Source: Mobula birostris | Lineage: Eukaryota | Direction of reading: 5' to 3' | DNA length: 64,000 nt | NCBI RefSeq assembly: GCF_030028105.1 | Contig: NC_092379.1 | Location: 20,623,309 to 20,687,308 of the forward strand | Part shown: one piece after another, positions 41,902 to 53,759 of the stretch | Layout: every line of letters begins with the position of its first letter | How positions within the stretch are numbered: the first letter of the stretch is position 1 | Notes under the pieces: generated by a model | What the model was told of the DNA's origin: nothing | The model's database searches: none | Seen by the model: only the letters and a program-made list of their open reading frames with translations | Made by a program: the position numbers and the translations under genes

Positions 41902-42389
41902 TGCAGAGAAAAAATACTCTTGAAAACACCAGACAGACAATATCCACAGTGCATCAGTGGTGCAGGGAATGAAATGGAATGTAGCTGGGCAGACCTTATA
42001 CATCACCAAGTGTGCCAACTCATGAGATGCCAATGATCATGTTGACACAGCTGTAAATAGCAAAAACAGCCCAAAAAATAAGCTGAAGATGAGTCTGCTG
42101 AAGAACAGTTCAGATCAAATCCATACTGAAGCTGCTGTCCAAAAGCACGGGGTTCCTGCTGGCTGAATTCATGCAATTGTTTATCATTGAGGTCTATCCA
42201 TGGACACAAATGAGCCACTGTAATCCTTAATGAAAAACAGGGGCCAATTCAAAAGATGGTCTGTTTCAGATTGGAAAGTGGGAGAGCAGAAACAGTGAGA
42301 CAGGCAGTGTTGTGTGAAGAACAGAAATCACGGACAAATTGAATGAGATAAAATGATGTCACTGGCAGATTTTCAAACCTTGACAGCTT

Positions 42390-42640
42390 TATACAGGGGA
42401 GGCTGCAAAGAGGGAGGAGGAATGAGAGAGAGTCAGACTGGGAATGGAGAGAAAGAGTGATGGGGAGAGAAAAGAATGGACAAGATAGAGAGAGAATGGA
42501 TCAGATATAGTGAACCTGAAAGAGAGAAGACAAAGGAAAAGAGAGACTGATGGAAAGACAGAATAAAAACAAATCAAGAAAGAGATTGACCAAGAGAATA
42601 ATGGAAATGGAATGGAAAGAGATAAGGAGAACGAGTGGGG
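42390..42640. repeat. GA-rich low-complexity tract
   Basis: Purine-rich composition by direct inspection. Confidence 0.8.
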
Positions 42641-42769
42641 AAGGGAATGATGTCCGATGGAAAAAGACACCAGGAGAAAACATGGATTGTATAGAATGCC
42701 ATTGTAGAGCCCTGCACTGTCTGTGAGATACCAACTGGTGAATGAATCTCTTGTCCTTTCTCTGTCTGA

Positions 42770-42995
42770 ATTTGCAACATGACATATTCATTTGAAGATC
42801 TCCTGCAGTGAGTCAGGACTTCCTGGCACAGTGGAATCCTCCTGTGCACTGTTTCATCCATACTGTCCATCAATCCCTCAGTGCCTGACTATTACACTGA
42901 GACCCGGAGACTGTCAGTTATTATGAGCAGCCAGGTTGACTGAAGTGTCAATAATTGGAGGTGCTCCTCTGACACCGAATGGTTGCAGGTTATCA
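42770..42995 (-). pseudogene. Unidentified module, copy B' (exon 2 only)
   Basis: Acceptor gcttgcag|T at 42995; ends LQEIFK-stop. Confidence 0.45.
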
Positions 42996-43029
42996 CTGCA
43001 AGCTACCAAATTGTTTTCACACAATGAGC

Positions 43030-43365
43030 CTCCAGAAGATCATTTGTATTTTCTGGGCAAGAAAGATCTCCAACTACGTCCTGCTCCTTCAGTGTCATCA
43101 AGAAGACATGGCCACAATCACCATAATGAATCTTTGGAGATGGCTTGGGAACGTGATGAGGCCAACTCCATCAAGTCTTTTTTGGATCCCTGAAGACTGG
43201 AGAAAACACAAGAGACCAAAGACAACTTGGCACCATATCACAGAGACAGAAGTGAGGACCCTGAACTACACCTGGGTACAATGGAGAATCTGGGCAAGGA
43301 CAGACAAAGATGGAAGGCCTTCATTGCTGCCCCAAATGCAAACGGCATAACGGGCAGTAAGTAAA
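43030..43365 (+). mobile_element. RTE-clade LINE 3' fragment
   Basis: WRWLGNVMR...FWIPE...KRPKTTW motif. Confidence 0.65.
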
Positions 43366-43369
43366 TGGA

Positions 43370-46190
43370 GCAGGGAATCAGAACTAAAATGGAACTGGAA
43401 TGTAAATTGTTCTTCAAACAGCACAGTGGAATTTCCCAGAGTGCAGCAATGTCAAACATACAAGGCCAATCCCACCACAGGGTTTTTGCCGAAGGAAGAG
43501 GGAAATAACCAGAAAAAAGGACAGGCAGACACAGTGAGCCAGCCTGTGCCTGACCCGACCCTGTTCCTGCCACCATTGGTTAAAAGGCTTGACAGTCCTC
43601 CAACGGGACATGAACCTTCTCAAATTCAGCACTTCTCTCTCCTCCTCAAACTTTACCCCCTCTGAACGCACTGACCTCCACTCTCTCTGTACCAATCTCA
43701 ACCGTACCATCAGTGCAGAGGAGGTTCATCAGGTTGATTCCAGAGATGAAGGGGTTAACCTATGAGGAGAGATTGAGTTGCCTGGGGCTGTACTCTCTGG
43801 AAATCAGAAGAATGAGAGGGGATCTTACAGAAACATACACAATTTTGGAAGGGATAGATAAGATAGAAATAAGAAAGTTGCTTCCATCAGTAGGTGAGAC
43901 TAGAACGAGGGGACATTGCCTCAAGATTCAGGGGAGAAGATTTAGGATGGAGATGAGGATAAACTGTTTTTCCCAGAGAGGGTGAATCTGTGGAATTCTC
44001 TGCCCAGGGAAGCAGTTGAGGCTTCTTCACTAAATATATTCAAGGATGATAGATTTTTGCAAAGTAGGGGAAATAAGGGTTATGGGGAAAAGGCAGGTAG
44101 ATGGAGCTGAGTTTACGGACAGATCAGCCATGATCTTATTGAATGGTGGGGCAGGCTCGATGGGCCGGATGGCCTACTCCTGCTCCTATTTCTTATGTTC
44201 TTACGTAAAACCACAGACAAAGGTGGTGCTGTTGTAGTGTGGCAGACTGACCTCTCCCTTAATGAAGCCAAGCAGCAATTCTCAGACACCTCCTCATATC
44301 TACCCCTTGAAGAGGAACCCACTCCGGACCATCAGAAAACTGTCTCCAACACCATCACTGACCTCCTCAATTCTGGAGAACTCTTATCGACTGCCTCCAA
44401 ACTCATCGTTCCTGTACCCCACACTGCTTGCTTCCACCTTCTACCCAAGATCCACAAACATAACTCTCTGGCAGGCCTATTGTCTCTGCCTGCTCCTGCC
44501 CCACTGAACTAGTGTCCTCATACCTTGACTCCATTCTATCCGCCTTGTTTCAATCCCTTCCCACCTCCATCAGCTGCACTTCTCATGCTCTCAATCTCCT
44601 CAGAAACTGTCAATTCTCTGGCCCTGACTTCCTCATTTTCACCATACATCTCCAGGTCCTAAATCTCCTTACATGAAGGCCTTAAATCTCTCTGCTTCTT
44701 TCTCAATAAAAGGGCCAACCGATTCCCCACCAGAACCCTCTTCCATCTGGTAGAACTGGTCCTCATCCTCATCAAATTTTCCTTCAGCTCCTCCCAGTTT
44801 CTCTATACTTTAGGGGTATTCATGGGCACCCTCATGGGCTCCAGCTATGCCGACATCTTCACTGGCTGCGTAGAATAGTCCATGTTCCAAGCATTCCCAG
44901 GTAACGCTCCCCATCTTCCTCTGCTACATTGACAACTGCATTGGTGCTGCTTCATGCACCCATGCTGAGTTCAGCAATTTCATCAAGGTTACCTCTAACT
45001 TCCGCCCTGTCCTTAACATCTCTTGGTCTATTTCCGACAACTCCCTTCGCTTTCGTGATCTCTCTGTCTCCATCTCTGGAGACAAACTGTCAATGAGCTT
45101 CTTTTATAAACCTCTCAATTCCCACAGTTCTCTTGACTAAACCTCTTCCCACACTGTCTCCTGTATAAACACCATTCCCTTTTCTCATTTCCATCATCTC
45201 CACCTCATCTGTTCCCAGGATGTGCCTTTTCCTTCCCAGGACATCAGAAATGTGTCCTTCTTCGAAGAATGGGATTTCCCTTCCTCCACCATTGACGCTG
45301 CCATCACCCGTATCTCTTCCCGTTCCCAAACATCCAGGCTCACCCCATCATCCCACTGCCTTATCAGTGATAGAGTTCCTTTTGTCATTACCTACCAACC
45401 CATGAGCTTCCGCATCTGACTCATCATCCTCCACAACTTCCACCATCTCTAAAGTTATCCAGTCCCCAAACATTTTACCTCTCTCCCTCCACTTTCCGCA
45501 GCAATCTCTCTCTCTCTCTTTCTCTCTGTCTGATTCCCTTGTCCATTCGTTCTTCCCAACTAATCTCCCTCCCTGTACTTATCCCTGCAAGCAGCCAAAG
45601 TGCTGCACCTGCCCATTCACCTTCTAACTCACTTCCATTGAAACCCCAAATAGTCCTTCCAGGTGAGGCAACTCTTTACCTGCAAATCTACTGGGGTCAT
45701 TTATTGTGTGCAGGGCTCCTGATAGGGCCTCCATCGTCAATTAGGAAGCCACTTCATCCACCACCTCCATTCCATCTGACAAATGAGGCAACCCTGAAGG
45801 TGGAGGAGCAACACCTTACATTCCATCTGGGTGGCCTCCAACCTGATGACATGATATCCATTTTTGCTCCCGGTAAAGAAAAAATTATCCTCCCCTCTCC
45901 TCTTCCTCTGTTCCTCACTCTGGCCTTTTACCTCTTCTCATCTGCCTATCACATCGCCTGGGTACCTCACTCCTTCCCTTTCTCCTGCGGTACATTCTCC
46001 TCTCCTATCAGATTCCTTCTTTTCCAGCCCTATACTTACCCCACGCACATGGCTTCCCCTATCACCTACCAGCAAATCTCCTTCCTTTACCTCTTCCTTT
46101 TTATACTGGCATCTTCCCCCCTTCCTTTTCAGTCCTGAAGAAGGGACTTGGCCTGAAACGTTGACTGTTTATTCATTTCTATAGATGCTG
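43370..46190 (+). mobile_element. Degenerate Penelope-like element containing a nested CR1 3' fragment (about 43711-44203)
   Basis: The RT motif NLNRTI|KTTDKGGAVVVW is split by the CR1 piece. It also has LPKIHK, a GIY-YIG-like region and the terminal ctgaagaaggg...cctgaaacgttgac motif. Confidence 0.8.
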
Positions 46191-46399
46191 CCATTTCCCA
46201 ACAATGGTACATTTCATTTAGTTAGTGTCACACATGCACCAGATGAGCAGCAGCAAACTTAATGGAGACAAGGAGCCCTCAAACAGTGATCCAACTTCTT
46301 TGACACGGATATCACGTCTGATCAGTGGTTAGCACTGTCACGTCTTTGTCAAAAAGCCAATTATGCTAATTTCTTGAATCATTAGCTGACAGCTGATCA

Positions 46400-46703
46400 T
46401 TGGAGCTAATGCAGGAAGGGTTCAGACACCAGAGATACAAAGACACCCATTTCTTCCCGAGTGTGCATCACCTTAAAAAACCTCATGTCGATAGTTCTTT
46501 ATTTCCCATCTCCAAACATCTGTCTGGACCAGGAATCCACACCCCATCTTCCCTCTTGCTTCCATCCACCCGCCAGGTTACACTGAATCCCTGTAAATCA
46601 CTGTGAACCACCTCACACAGAATGGTCGCTGTCCTCTTTGTCCAGATCTCTTCGAAGGGAGGTTTGCTTAAAGTGACTGAGGGGCGGGTATCTGAACAGT
46701 CAT
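46400..46703 (-). pseudogene. IGHW: IgW CH5 exon with a degenerate 3' half
   Basis: Acceptor ctcccag|AT. It reads DDCSDTRPSVTLSKPPFEEIWTKRTATILCEVVHSDLQGFSVTWRVDG, then loses Ig character and stops at 46483-46485. No second Cys or donor is recognisable, so the 3' boundary is approximate. Confidence 0.8.
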
Positions 46704-47039
46704 CTGGGAGAAACGTCACAATTATTACTTTACCATTCCAAAATGGATGAGTTTGTCACTGACAAGACCAACACTTCCTGTTTGTCTCTACTCAATGATT
46801 TGCCAGTTCCATCAAGATGAGAAGAGACCTATCTACAATGATGAGGAAAGGAATCTCCTCTATTGAGCCGACAGGGTGAACACCCTGAGGGAACGTAAGT
46901 GAACAAGATTGCTCCTTACATTGTTTTTGCAGCTTCATGGTCACTTTAACTGTTACCAGCCACTTATTAAAGCAAATACAAAAAACACCCAGCATTTTAG
47001 AGTCTCTGTGGTTAGTAAAACAGAGAGAACATTTCACAT

Positions 47040-47575
47040 GAATATATTCCAGCAAATATGTTATGTATTTTAAAACCTAACATCACAACTATAACTTTGA
47101 CACCAATATTTGGCTGGCACATTTTGGCTTTTATTTCTCTTGTGGCCAGAAGGACGATCTTGCTTAATTGGAAAGATGCGGCACCTCTCATTCACGCTCA
47201 ATGCTTACGTGATGTGATGTGATGTTTAAATTTAGAGACGTTTTGATGTTCAATCTCTGAATCTAGCCAAGACTTTCAAACATTGTGGGACACTTTTGAA
47301 TTATTTTCAAAACCTTTGATTTGCTGTTAAAGCACAAATGATGACTAATAATTGTACCCCTTTTTTTCTTTACTAATCAGCTTCGGTCTTGGTAGTGGTT
47401 TAGATTTTTTAATATAATAAATTACTATATTTCAATATTATGAATTAATTAATCTGTATGAATATAGGGTAAGGAGTCTTTATATGTGATTTAGTATAAT
47501 GCATTGATATATATTTTTTCCTTGCACTCTGTACTTTTATATGTAAAATTAATAGTAAAAATATTGGAAAAGACA
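47040..47575 (+). mobile_element. L1/Tx1-like LINE 3' fragment
   Basis: Degenerate LVARRTILLNWKDAAP and an AT-rich 3' UTR. Confidence 0.6.
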
Positions 47576-48509
47576 CAAATATTTCAATGCATCTTTTTCT
47601 CAGTAAAGTGTAACAAAACTGCTGCTTTGTGAGAATGTAGTGTGTTCAGGCCGCCCTCCAGAGGCTTCTACACATTGTCCAGGCTGACTATTCCCACACA
47701 GGAGCAGAGGTAGAGCTGCTCTGCTGGAAATTCAGTCACATCTGAGGCACTGATCAGAGGCTGGAATTAGGTTCAAAGGTAGAGGGAGGGAACATTTTGA
47801 AGACGAGTATCAGCGAGTTCCAGAGAGTCTGTCGAGTGAAATGGTCTGGATTCTCCTCCAGTCATGAAAGTATTTTCTGGGATACTCTTATTTCTATGGT
47901 GAAAGTGTGGATTATGTGGGTTGAGAGCAGAAAACAAACTGATGATTGACTGGTTTAAGTGCCAAGAGAGATCAAAATGTTGAAGGCATTGAAGCTGAGT
48001 TAATGGACAAACCAGTATTCGGCTCACTTCTTGATGCGACTTTACCCACCTCAGCACTGAACTGACTCTGCAGCTGCGGCCTGCAGCCATCGGCACTCAC
48101 CTCAGCACTGAGCCTGGCTCCACGGCCGTGGCCTGCAGCCATCGGTCTCCTGGACCGGTTGCAGTGCTGAACTGGCAACGTGGCTGTGGATTTACTTCAG
48201 GGGGCTCTGCGGTTCAGTTTCTGTGGATTATTTGTTTGAATTTTTTTATTGTTTGCACAATCTTTTTTCACACATTGGATGTTTGACTCTGAATTCTATT
48301 GTATTTCTTTGTTTTGTGACTGTCTGGAAGAAGAGAATCTCAAGATTGTATATGGTGCACATTCTTTGGTAATAACTGTAGTTTGTACTTTAAACTTTAT
48401 CAGTTCACTCACATAACTAAACCAGGGCTGCACCATGATTAGGTGTTTACCTTGAATTCATAGCATAATATAAACAATTTAAATAATGGAGTGCATCCCA
48501 GGAACCTAC

Positions 48510-48827
48510 CTTGGAAGTTCTTCACTTGCTTCTTGATACTGCTGTTGGAGGGGGGATGAGTCACTGTACAGCTGAAGACTGATTGTGACTTCCACTCCTG
48601 TAAACTCACGGTCAGGAAGTGTCTGGCACTGAAAGTCCACCCCTGCTCCAGAGCGGTCGGTGTCGCGCTGGTGTTGGAGGTGATCACGGTGCTGCCTTTC
48701 TTCCAAATGACATTTATTTGGTCCGGGTAGAATCCAGAGACCACACACTCCAGTGTGGCCGTTTTCCAATTCCTGGTCTCTTCCTGAGGTGGAGGCAGCA
48801 GTCTGACCTTGGGACTTCTTAACTCAA
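48510..48827 (-). CDS. IGHW: IgW CH4 exon (VELRSPKVRLLPP...TLECVVSGFYPDQINVIW...FSCTVTHPPS...KNFQ)
   Basis: Acceptor attccag|TT and donor CAAG|GTAGG; 318 nt open, C1-set motifs. Confidence 0.9.
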
Positions 48828-48915
48828 CTGGAATAGAAAAGCAAACAAAGGAAATGTCAAACATTTTGACCCAGGTAACTAATGCTGGCCATTTAATCAC
48901 TGGTCTCTTGCCCAC

Positions 48916-49218
48916 CTTTGGTACTATTGGTCCGTACTGACACTCGGGAAGATGAAGGAGATTCCTGAGCAGAGCACTCGTACTCCACCCCACTGAATCA
49001 CTCCTCCACACTGATCTGGAGTTCACTGAGCACTCTGTATCGGGACCCGTCCCTCTCCGCTGGGTGGGTGTGAATTCCTTTAGTTTTCTCCTTCCCGCCC
49101 ACATGCCAAGAGATGTGGATGTCTTCGGGATCTGTACAGATAACTGTGCACTTCACGGTAGCAGACTTGTGGATCCACATCTCTTCAATGTCGGGATTTT
49201 GAATAAAGACAGACAATT
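48916..49218 (-). pseudogene. IGHW: IgW CH3 exon with an in-frame TGA at 48998-49000
   Basis: Acceptor cccacag|AA and donor AAAG|GTGGG. It reads ELSVFIQNP...VKCTVIC...ISW...QISVEE*FSGVEYECSAQE...STK, with the stop replacing the conserved Trp of the 'EEW' motif. Confidence 0.9.
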
Positions 49219-50129
49219 CTGTGGGTTAGAAATGGAAATGCTTAGAATCTTACTGGAGATATTTCCATTGGTTGTGTTAGGTCCAGGCAGATCATCAGTA
49301 CTTGACAGCTGCATTTAATGCAAACAGAATAACTGAAACACCCAGGGCTGAGTCACGTGCCTCATATTCCTGTTAGTTTTGATTGAGAAAAGAAATTCAG
49401 AACAAAGGATGTGCTAACGAGGTTTTGAATCCCTTTCTAATAACTGTACCAATCGGTTCACTGTGAGACGGAGCTCTGTGAGACAGAGAAGCATGCAGAT
49501 TTCTCAGCAGAGACACAGCTCAGTATATTCTTTGCTTGGAGACTCAGTGCCATTGATTAGTATCAATGAACACTGTGAATCAATGAGAATCCCTTTCTCC
49601 ATCTGGGCTGAGCCTGGGATTCACTCAGTTTAATCACTTCACATCCTGACATTCCACTCTCACTGTGGCTGTGCCTCTCCTCATCTCTGCAACCTTCACC
49701 ACCCACACGAACTTCAGACAACATTGTATCCTTTCAACTCTGCTCACTCATACACCTGCACTACTTCTGCTGGTGCCTGTGGTTTTAGCATTCTTGCTGA
49801 CAAACACTGAAGCCTCTGTCTCACTTGAAATGAGCAGCCATGGTCAGAGTGTATCCATAAGTTAGCGACTGATGAGCTGGCAAAGTGGGTTCAAATCCCA
49901 ACCTGGTGGATGGGAGTTTAAATTCAATTCAGAAATGTTTTTTTGAAATAAAAAGAAGACTATGGAGGTATTTGTAGTGTTATTTTCTGTGGTAACTTCC
50001 AGAGAGAATTCTCGTCTGGTCTGGCTGGTTTGCGACTCCAGACCTGCAGCAACACGGCTGGAGCTGAATCACCATCAGGAATGAGGCAGCAAGTTCCTCA
50101 GTTCCAGAGAGATCAGTGATTGATGGGAA

Positions 50130-50417
50130 ATGATAAATGAATAAAACAGGTCTTTGATCAAGTGTTGGGTCACCTGTCCTCTGGGTTAGAGTCAGTTTTG
50201 TGTGATTGCACTCAAGTGAAGTTGTTGAGGTCATCTCCCAATGCACGATCGTCAGTTCACTTACATTGCAGCTCCCTGCACTTTGTGTTCACCATTTACA
50301 CACTCGGTCACCTTCAGGCACGTGGGGTGTTTTTGCTCTTTGACATTTAGTGTGGAGGCTGATTGTGTTTGTGTCATGGCTGAGACCTTCAATGAGACTG
50401 TGAGTCAGTGTCTTTGT
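50130..50417 (-). pseudogene. Probable degenerate Cys-rich secretory-tail exon of the short IgW form
   Basis: Good acceptor ctttcttcag|AC at 50417 between CH2 and CH3. Cys-containing pieces (TKCQR / HPTCLKVTECVNGEHKVQG / SCNVSELTIVHWEMTSTTSLECNHTKLTLTQR) lie in shifting frames, and the in-phase reading stops after DKDTDSQSH. The identity rests on recalled resemblance, not on an alignment. Confidence 0.45.
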
Positions 50418-51194
50418 CTGAAGAAAGAGCAGATGCAACACACACACACAGTTCCAGCCTAACTGGGCCAGATCATCCGACAAGGTATGATGTGTATTTC
50501 TTCACCTTTCTCATGTCAGTAAGATTATGAGCAATTTTCTTTTAAAACAGGAAGTCCGTGGGTGTTGTCTAGATGATCATTGTTGTCATGTAATATCACA
50601 AATATGCAAAGCTAGGTGTACACTGAACGTTCACTGAATTGTGAATCTTAGTTTAATCAGCATTGTGATGTTGTTAAAAATGTTTTCTGCAGGTTTCTCA
50701 GTTATGTCCCATATCAGTCTGATCTGGATGTTCAGCCATCCCTGGGAAATGCTCCCCTTATTGCTGAATCCTGGTGTTATTCTACAAGAAGCATATAATT
50801 ATGTCAATGCTTGGGCAATTCTATCAAAACATTTTCCTTCCTGATATTCCTTGGGATCACTGAGTTTCCCTTTTGGCATGTGGATCAATGTAATTTCAGC
50901 AATTTGTCTGATCCAGGATTTACACACAAAGCATGTCAGATTGGACAGGAGACTGGTTCGACCCCTGAGTCTTGACTCACCAGTTTGTCTTGTGCCCAAC
51001 ATTATCAAAGGGTCATCCATCCTTTGACTGAATCAATTTGGAAATTCAGCCCCATTCACCTTCATCCCAGCCTTTGGGTGAAAAACAGGGTCCAGTTTTG
51101 CTGACTGGAGTCAGACAGGAGGGAATCTGGCCAAGGAAACTGGAATTGGGATCTGAGTCACACTGAAGCAACAATGTACACAAATGAATGAGTG

Positions 51195-51660
51195 TATGGA
51201 CAACCAGAAACACAAGAGATTCTACAGATGCTGAAAATCTTGAACAACACACACAAAGTGCTGGAGGAACTCGGCAAATCAGGCAGCATCTATGGATGGA
51301 AATAAACAGTTGATATTTTGGGCCAAGAGATTTCACTGGTACTGGAAAGGAAGTGGGCAGAATTCAGAATAAGGTGGGTGGAGTAGAGAGGAATACATTC
51401 TGTCAGATGAGAGGTGAGACCAGGTGAGGGGGAAAGTGTGTGGATGGGGGAGAGGTATGAAATAAGAAGCTGGTAGGGGATAAATGTGAGAGATAAATGG
51501 CAGAAACAAAAGGAATCTGAGAGGACAGTGGACATGGAGGAAAGTGCAGGAGGAGGGGAACCAAATGGAGATGATGGGCAGGTGAGGAGAAGTGAATGGA
51601 TGAGGATGTATCTAATATAGGGAATAGAAGAAAAGGGAGAAGCCCCACATATTCCCACTC
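51195..51660 (-). mobile_element. Penelope-derived terminal fragment in the CH2-CH3 intron
   Basis: acaaagtgctggaggaactc...aggcagcatctatgg motif shared with other copies in the window. Confidence 0.6.
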
Positions 51661-52247
51661 TCTATCCTCTGTATATCACATCCCATCGGGATGAGGTTAT
51701 GTCAGCCATGATAAATGAATGTGCTCTCTGAACCTGGTCGAGGATCTGAGGACACAAAGTCACAACACTCACTGGAGGATTGGGCATCAATTCAAAAATA
51801 ATCCAGGCACCTACATTTCAGTGAGTGGACAATCGACAGAAGAGTCTCTCAGGAAACATTGGAAACAGACTCTGGAGACTGAAGCAAATACAAAATTGCA
51901 GAGATATTTTTTGAGGAACTAACACTGAGAAGACAGTGAAAAGGGAACAGGGAGATCTTCTCCAGATGGCAAAGCATGGGACATGAGCTTTGCTCACTAA
52001 CTTATTTTCATTATAACTACAGAGACAACTAAAATTATTGAGACAGAATGGACAGGTGACCTAATCTTACACCTTTCCTGCCCAGTAGATGGGGTTAAAG
52101 CTGCTGGTGATATGAGTTGATTCAAAGTGCAAAGATCATCTGTACATCACTCAACAAGATTGACAATAGGGACAAGAATTGTGTGGGAATATCAGTTAAG
52201 AAGTTTAGAACTGTAAGTTAATTAATTTTTCTTCAGACATCACTCAC

Positions 52248-52547
52248 CCTCTTGATACGTCATGTTGACCTGACCACTGAAATGGGAAGGTGCGTGATTC
52301 ACTTCACAAGTATATTTCTGTTTCTTGGTCCATTCCTGCACAGGCACTGTCAGGTAAGAGATTGTTTCAAATCCACCATCAGATCTCGGAGTGGAAGGGA
52401 GAACGATGCCTTCTTGGGCAGATCCAGCTTTTTTCCAGGATACTTTAACGTTGTCAGGAGAGAATCCAGATATCACACAGCCCAGGACAGCATTTGCTTG
52501 ACTGTGGATTGCCTCCCGGGATGGAACAAGGGAGCTGAGCTTCGGAG
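52248..52547 (-). CDS. IGHW: IgW CH2 exon (SPKLSSLVPS...LGCVISGFSPDNVKVSW...YTCEVNHAPS...TYQE)
   Basis: Acceptor ttacag|CT and donor GAGG|GTGAGT; 300 nt open, phase 1/1, C1-set motifs. Confidence 0.92.
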
Positions 52548-53465
52548 CTGTAACACAATAAATATCTGTCAGTACATGATTGCTTTGCCCATGTTTTGGA
52601 CTTCATTCCCCCTCATCCAGGGCAAGTTCCCCAATTCCAGCCCTCTCAAGAATGTTGTTAATTTACAGCTGATCTGATGATCTGATGGTTCATACCAGTG
52701 AGTGGGAGGGCTGGGTGTATAACTTGGGCCTCCCAGCAGTGCTATGATAATACAGAGAGGTGGGTCATGGGGTTGAGGTGCAGACCTGCCATGATCTAAT
52801 TGTTTAATGGAGAATGACTGATACCAGCTCCAGTGAGCAGGAGTACATGGTGTGGGACTGTTTCCACTGGCAAGTTTGGGAAACACAATTTTGCTTTCAA
52901 TGAGAAATAACAGGAGGACATTATTTTATTGTAACTGCAAAGGCTTGTTCAGATCTGTGAGAAGATGGTTAAAGAAGGGCAGTGGAGTGGATTCCTTCAT
53001 CACATTCACAAGGGATTGCTTTTACCAGAAGAGGGGCAGCTGCAGGGTGGGAGGGGAAAGTGCAGGAGGAGTGGGGTAAAGTTTAAATTGTTGTTCTGTG
53101 TGCAGGGGCACGATGGGCCAGCGGTCTCTGTATGTGTACAGGAGCTGATCTGTAGGGAGGGTTTAGTGGGAGCGGGTGGTGGAGAGTCTCCCGAAAGGAG
53201 TGGATTCAATGGAGACAGATCAACACAAGTCGTGTCCTCCACCCTCCACTGATACTGAGTTTCAGTGAGTTCAGGAGGACATTTCGCCCATTTCAATTCC
53301 TTGTCTATTCTTGCTGTCATTTTGGTGAGGGGTAGTACTGCTGTTGTAAGAGTAGATTAAAGGAGCTAATTGCCGTGCCCAGCATTATCTGACAAAGGTT
53401 CCTACTCCAGATTTATGCTCTGAGATCAATGCAGCTTTTAAGAGAAGATTACGTCTCATACTAAC

Positions 53466-53759
53466 ATTGAGGTTTCTGGAATTCCGCTGTCACACTCCCT
53501 GCCTTGCAGGAGTAGAGTTTATTCTTCTTCCAGTCCGCCGCAGAGACTTCGAGCAAGCTGCTCATCGTGAACTTTGAATTTTGCCCCAACACCGCCGGGT
53601 ATTTCTTGATTCCGCTGGTGATGTCCCCACTGTTAGTGGACCATGTCTGACTGATGCTCTCAGGCTGATAGTCCTTGACCAGACAGAGGAGGCTGATCTT
53701 TTGGTCAGATTCTGTGTTGCAGGAAGGAGTGATGTAGACTGATGGCGAGGACGTGAGCT
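53466..53759 (-). CDS. IGHW: IgW CH1 exon (ELTSSPSVYITPSC...SLLCLVKDYQPESISQTW...YSCKAG...FQKPQ)
   Basis: Acceptor tttcag|AG and donor CAAT|GTTAGT; 294 nt open, phase 1/1. C1-set Cys-Trp-Cys pattern plus an N-terminal Cys suitable for a light-chain disulfide. Confidence 0.9.

Noticed and set aside
48828-49104. N-terminal part of the 221-aa ORF 48439-49104
   Set aside because: It is an off-frame reading of CH3 plus intron read-through. Only 48510-48827 (CH4) is a real exon.
50950-51050. Small AG...GTGAGT-bounded segment as an extra IgW exon
   Set aside because: In-phase stop after 7 codons and no domain similarity.
53006-53320. Pro/Cys-rich ORF in the CH1-CH2 intron as a possible hinge exon
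   Set aside because: No phase-1/phase-1 acceptor-donor pair. The composition is explained by C-rich intron sequence.
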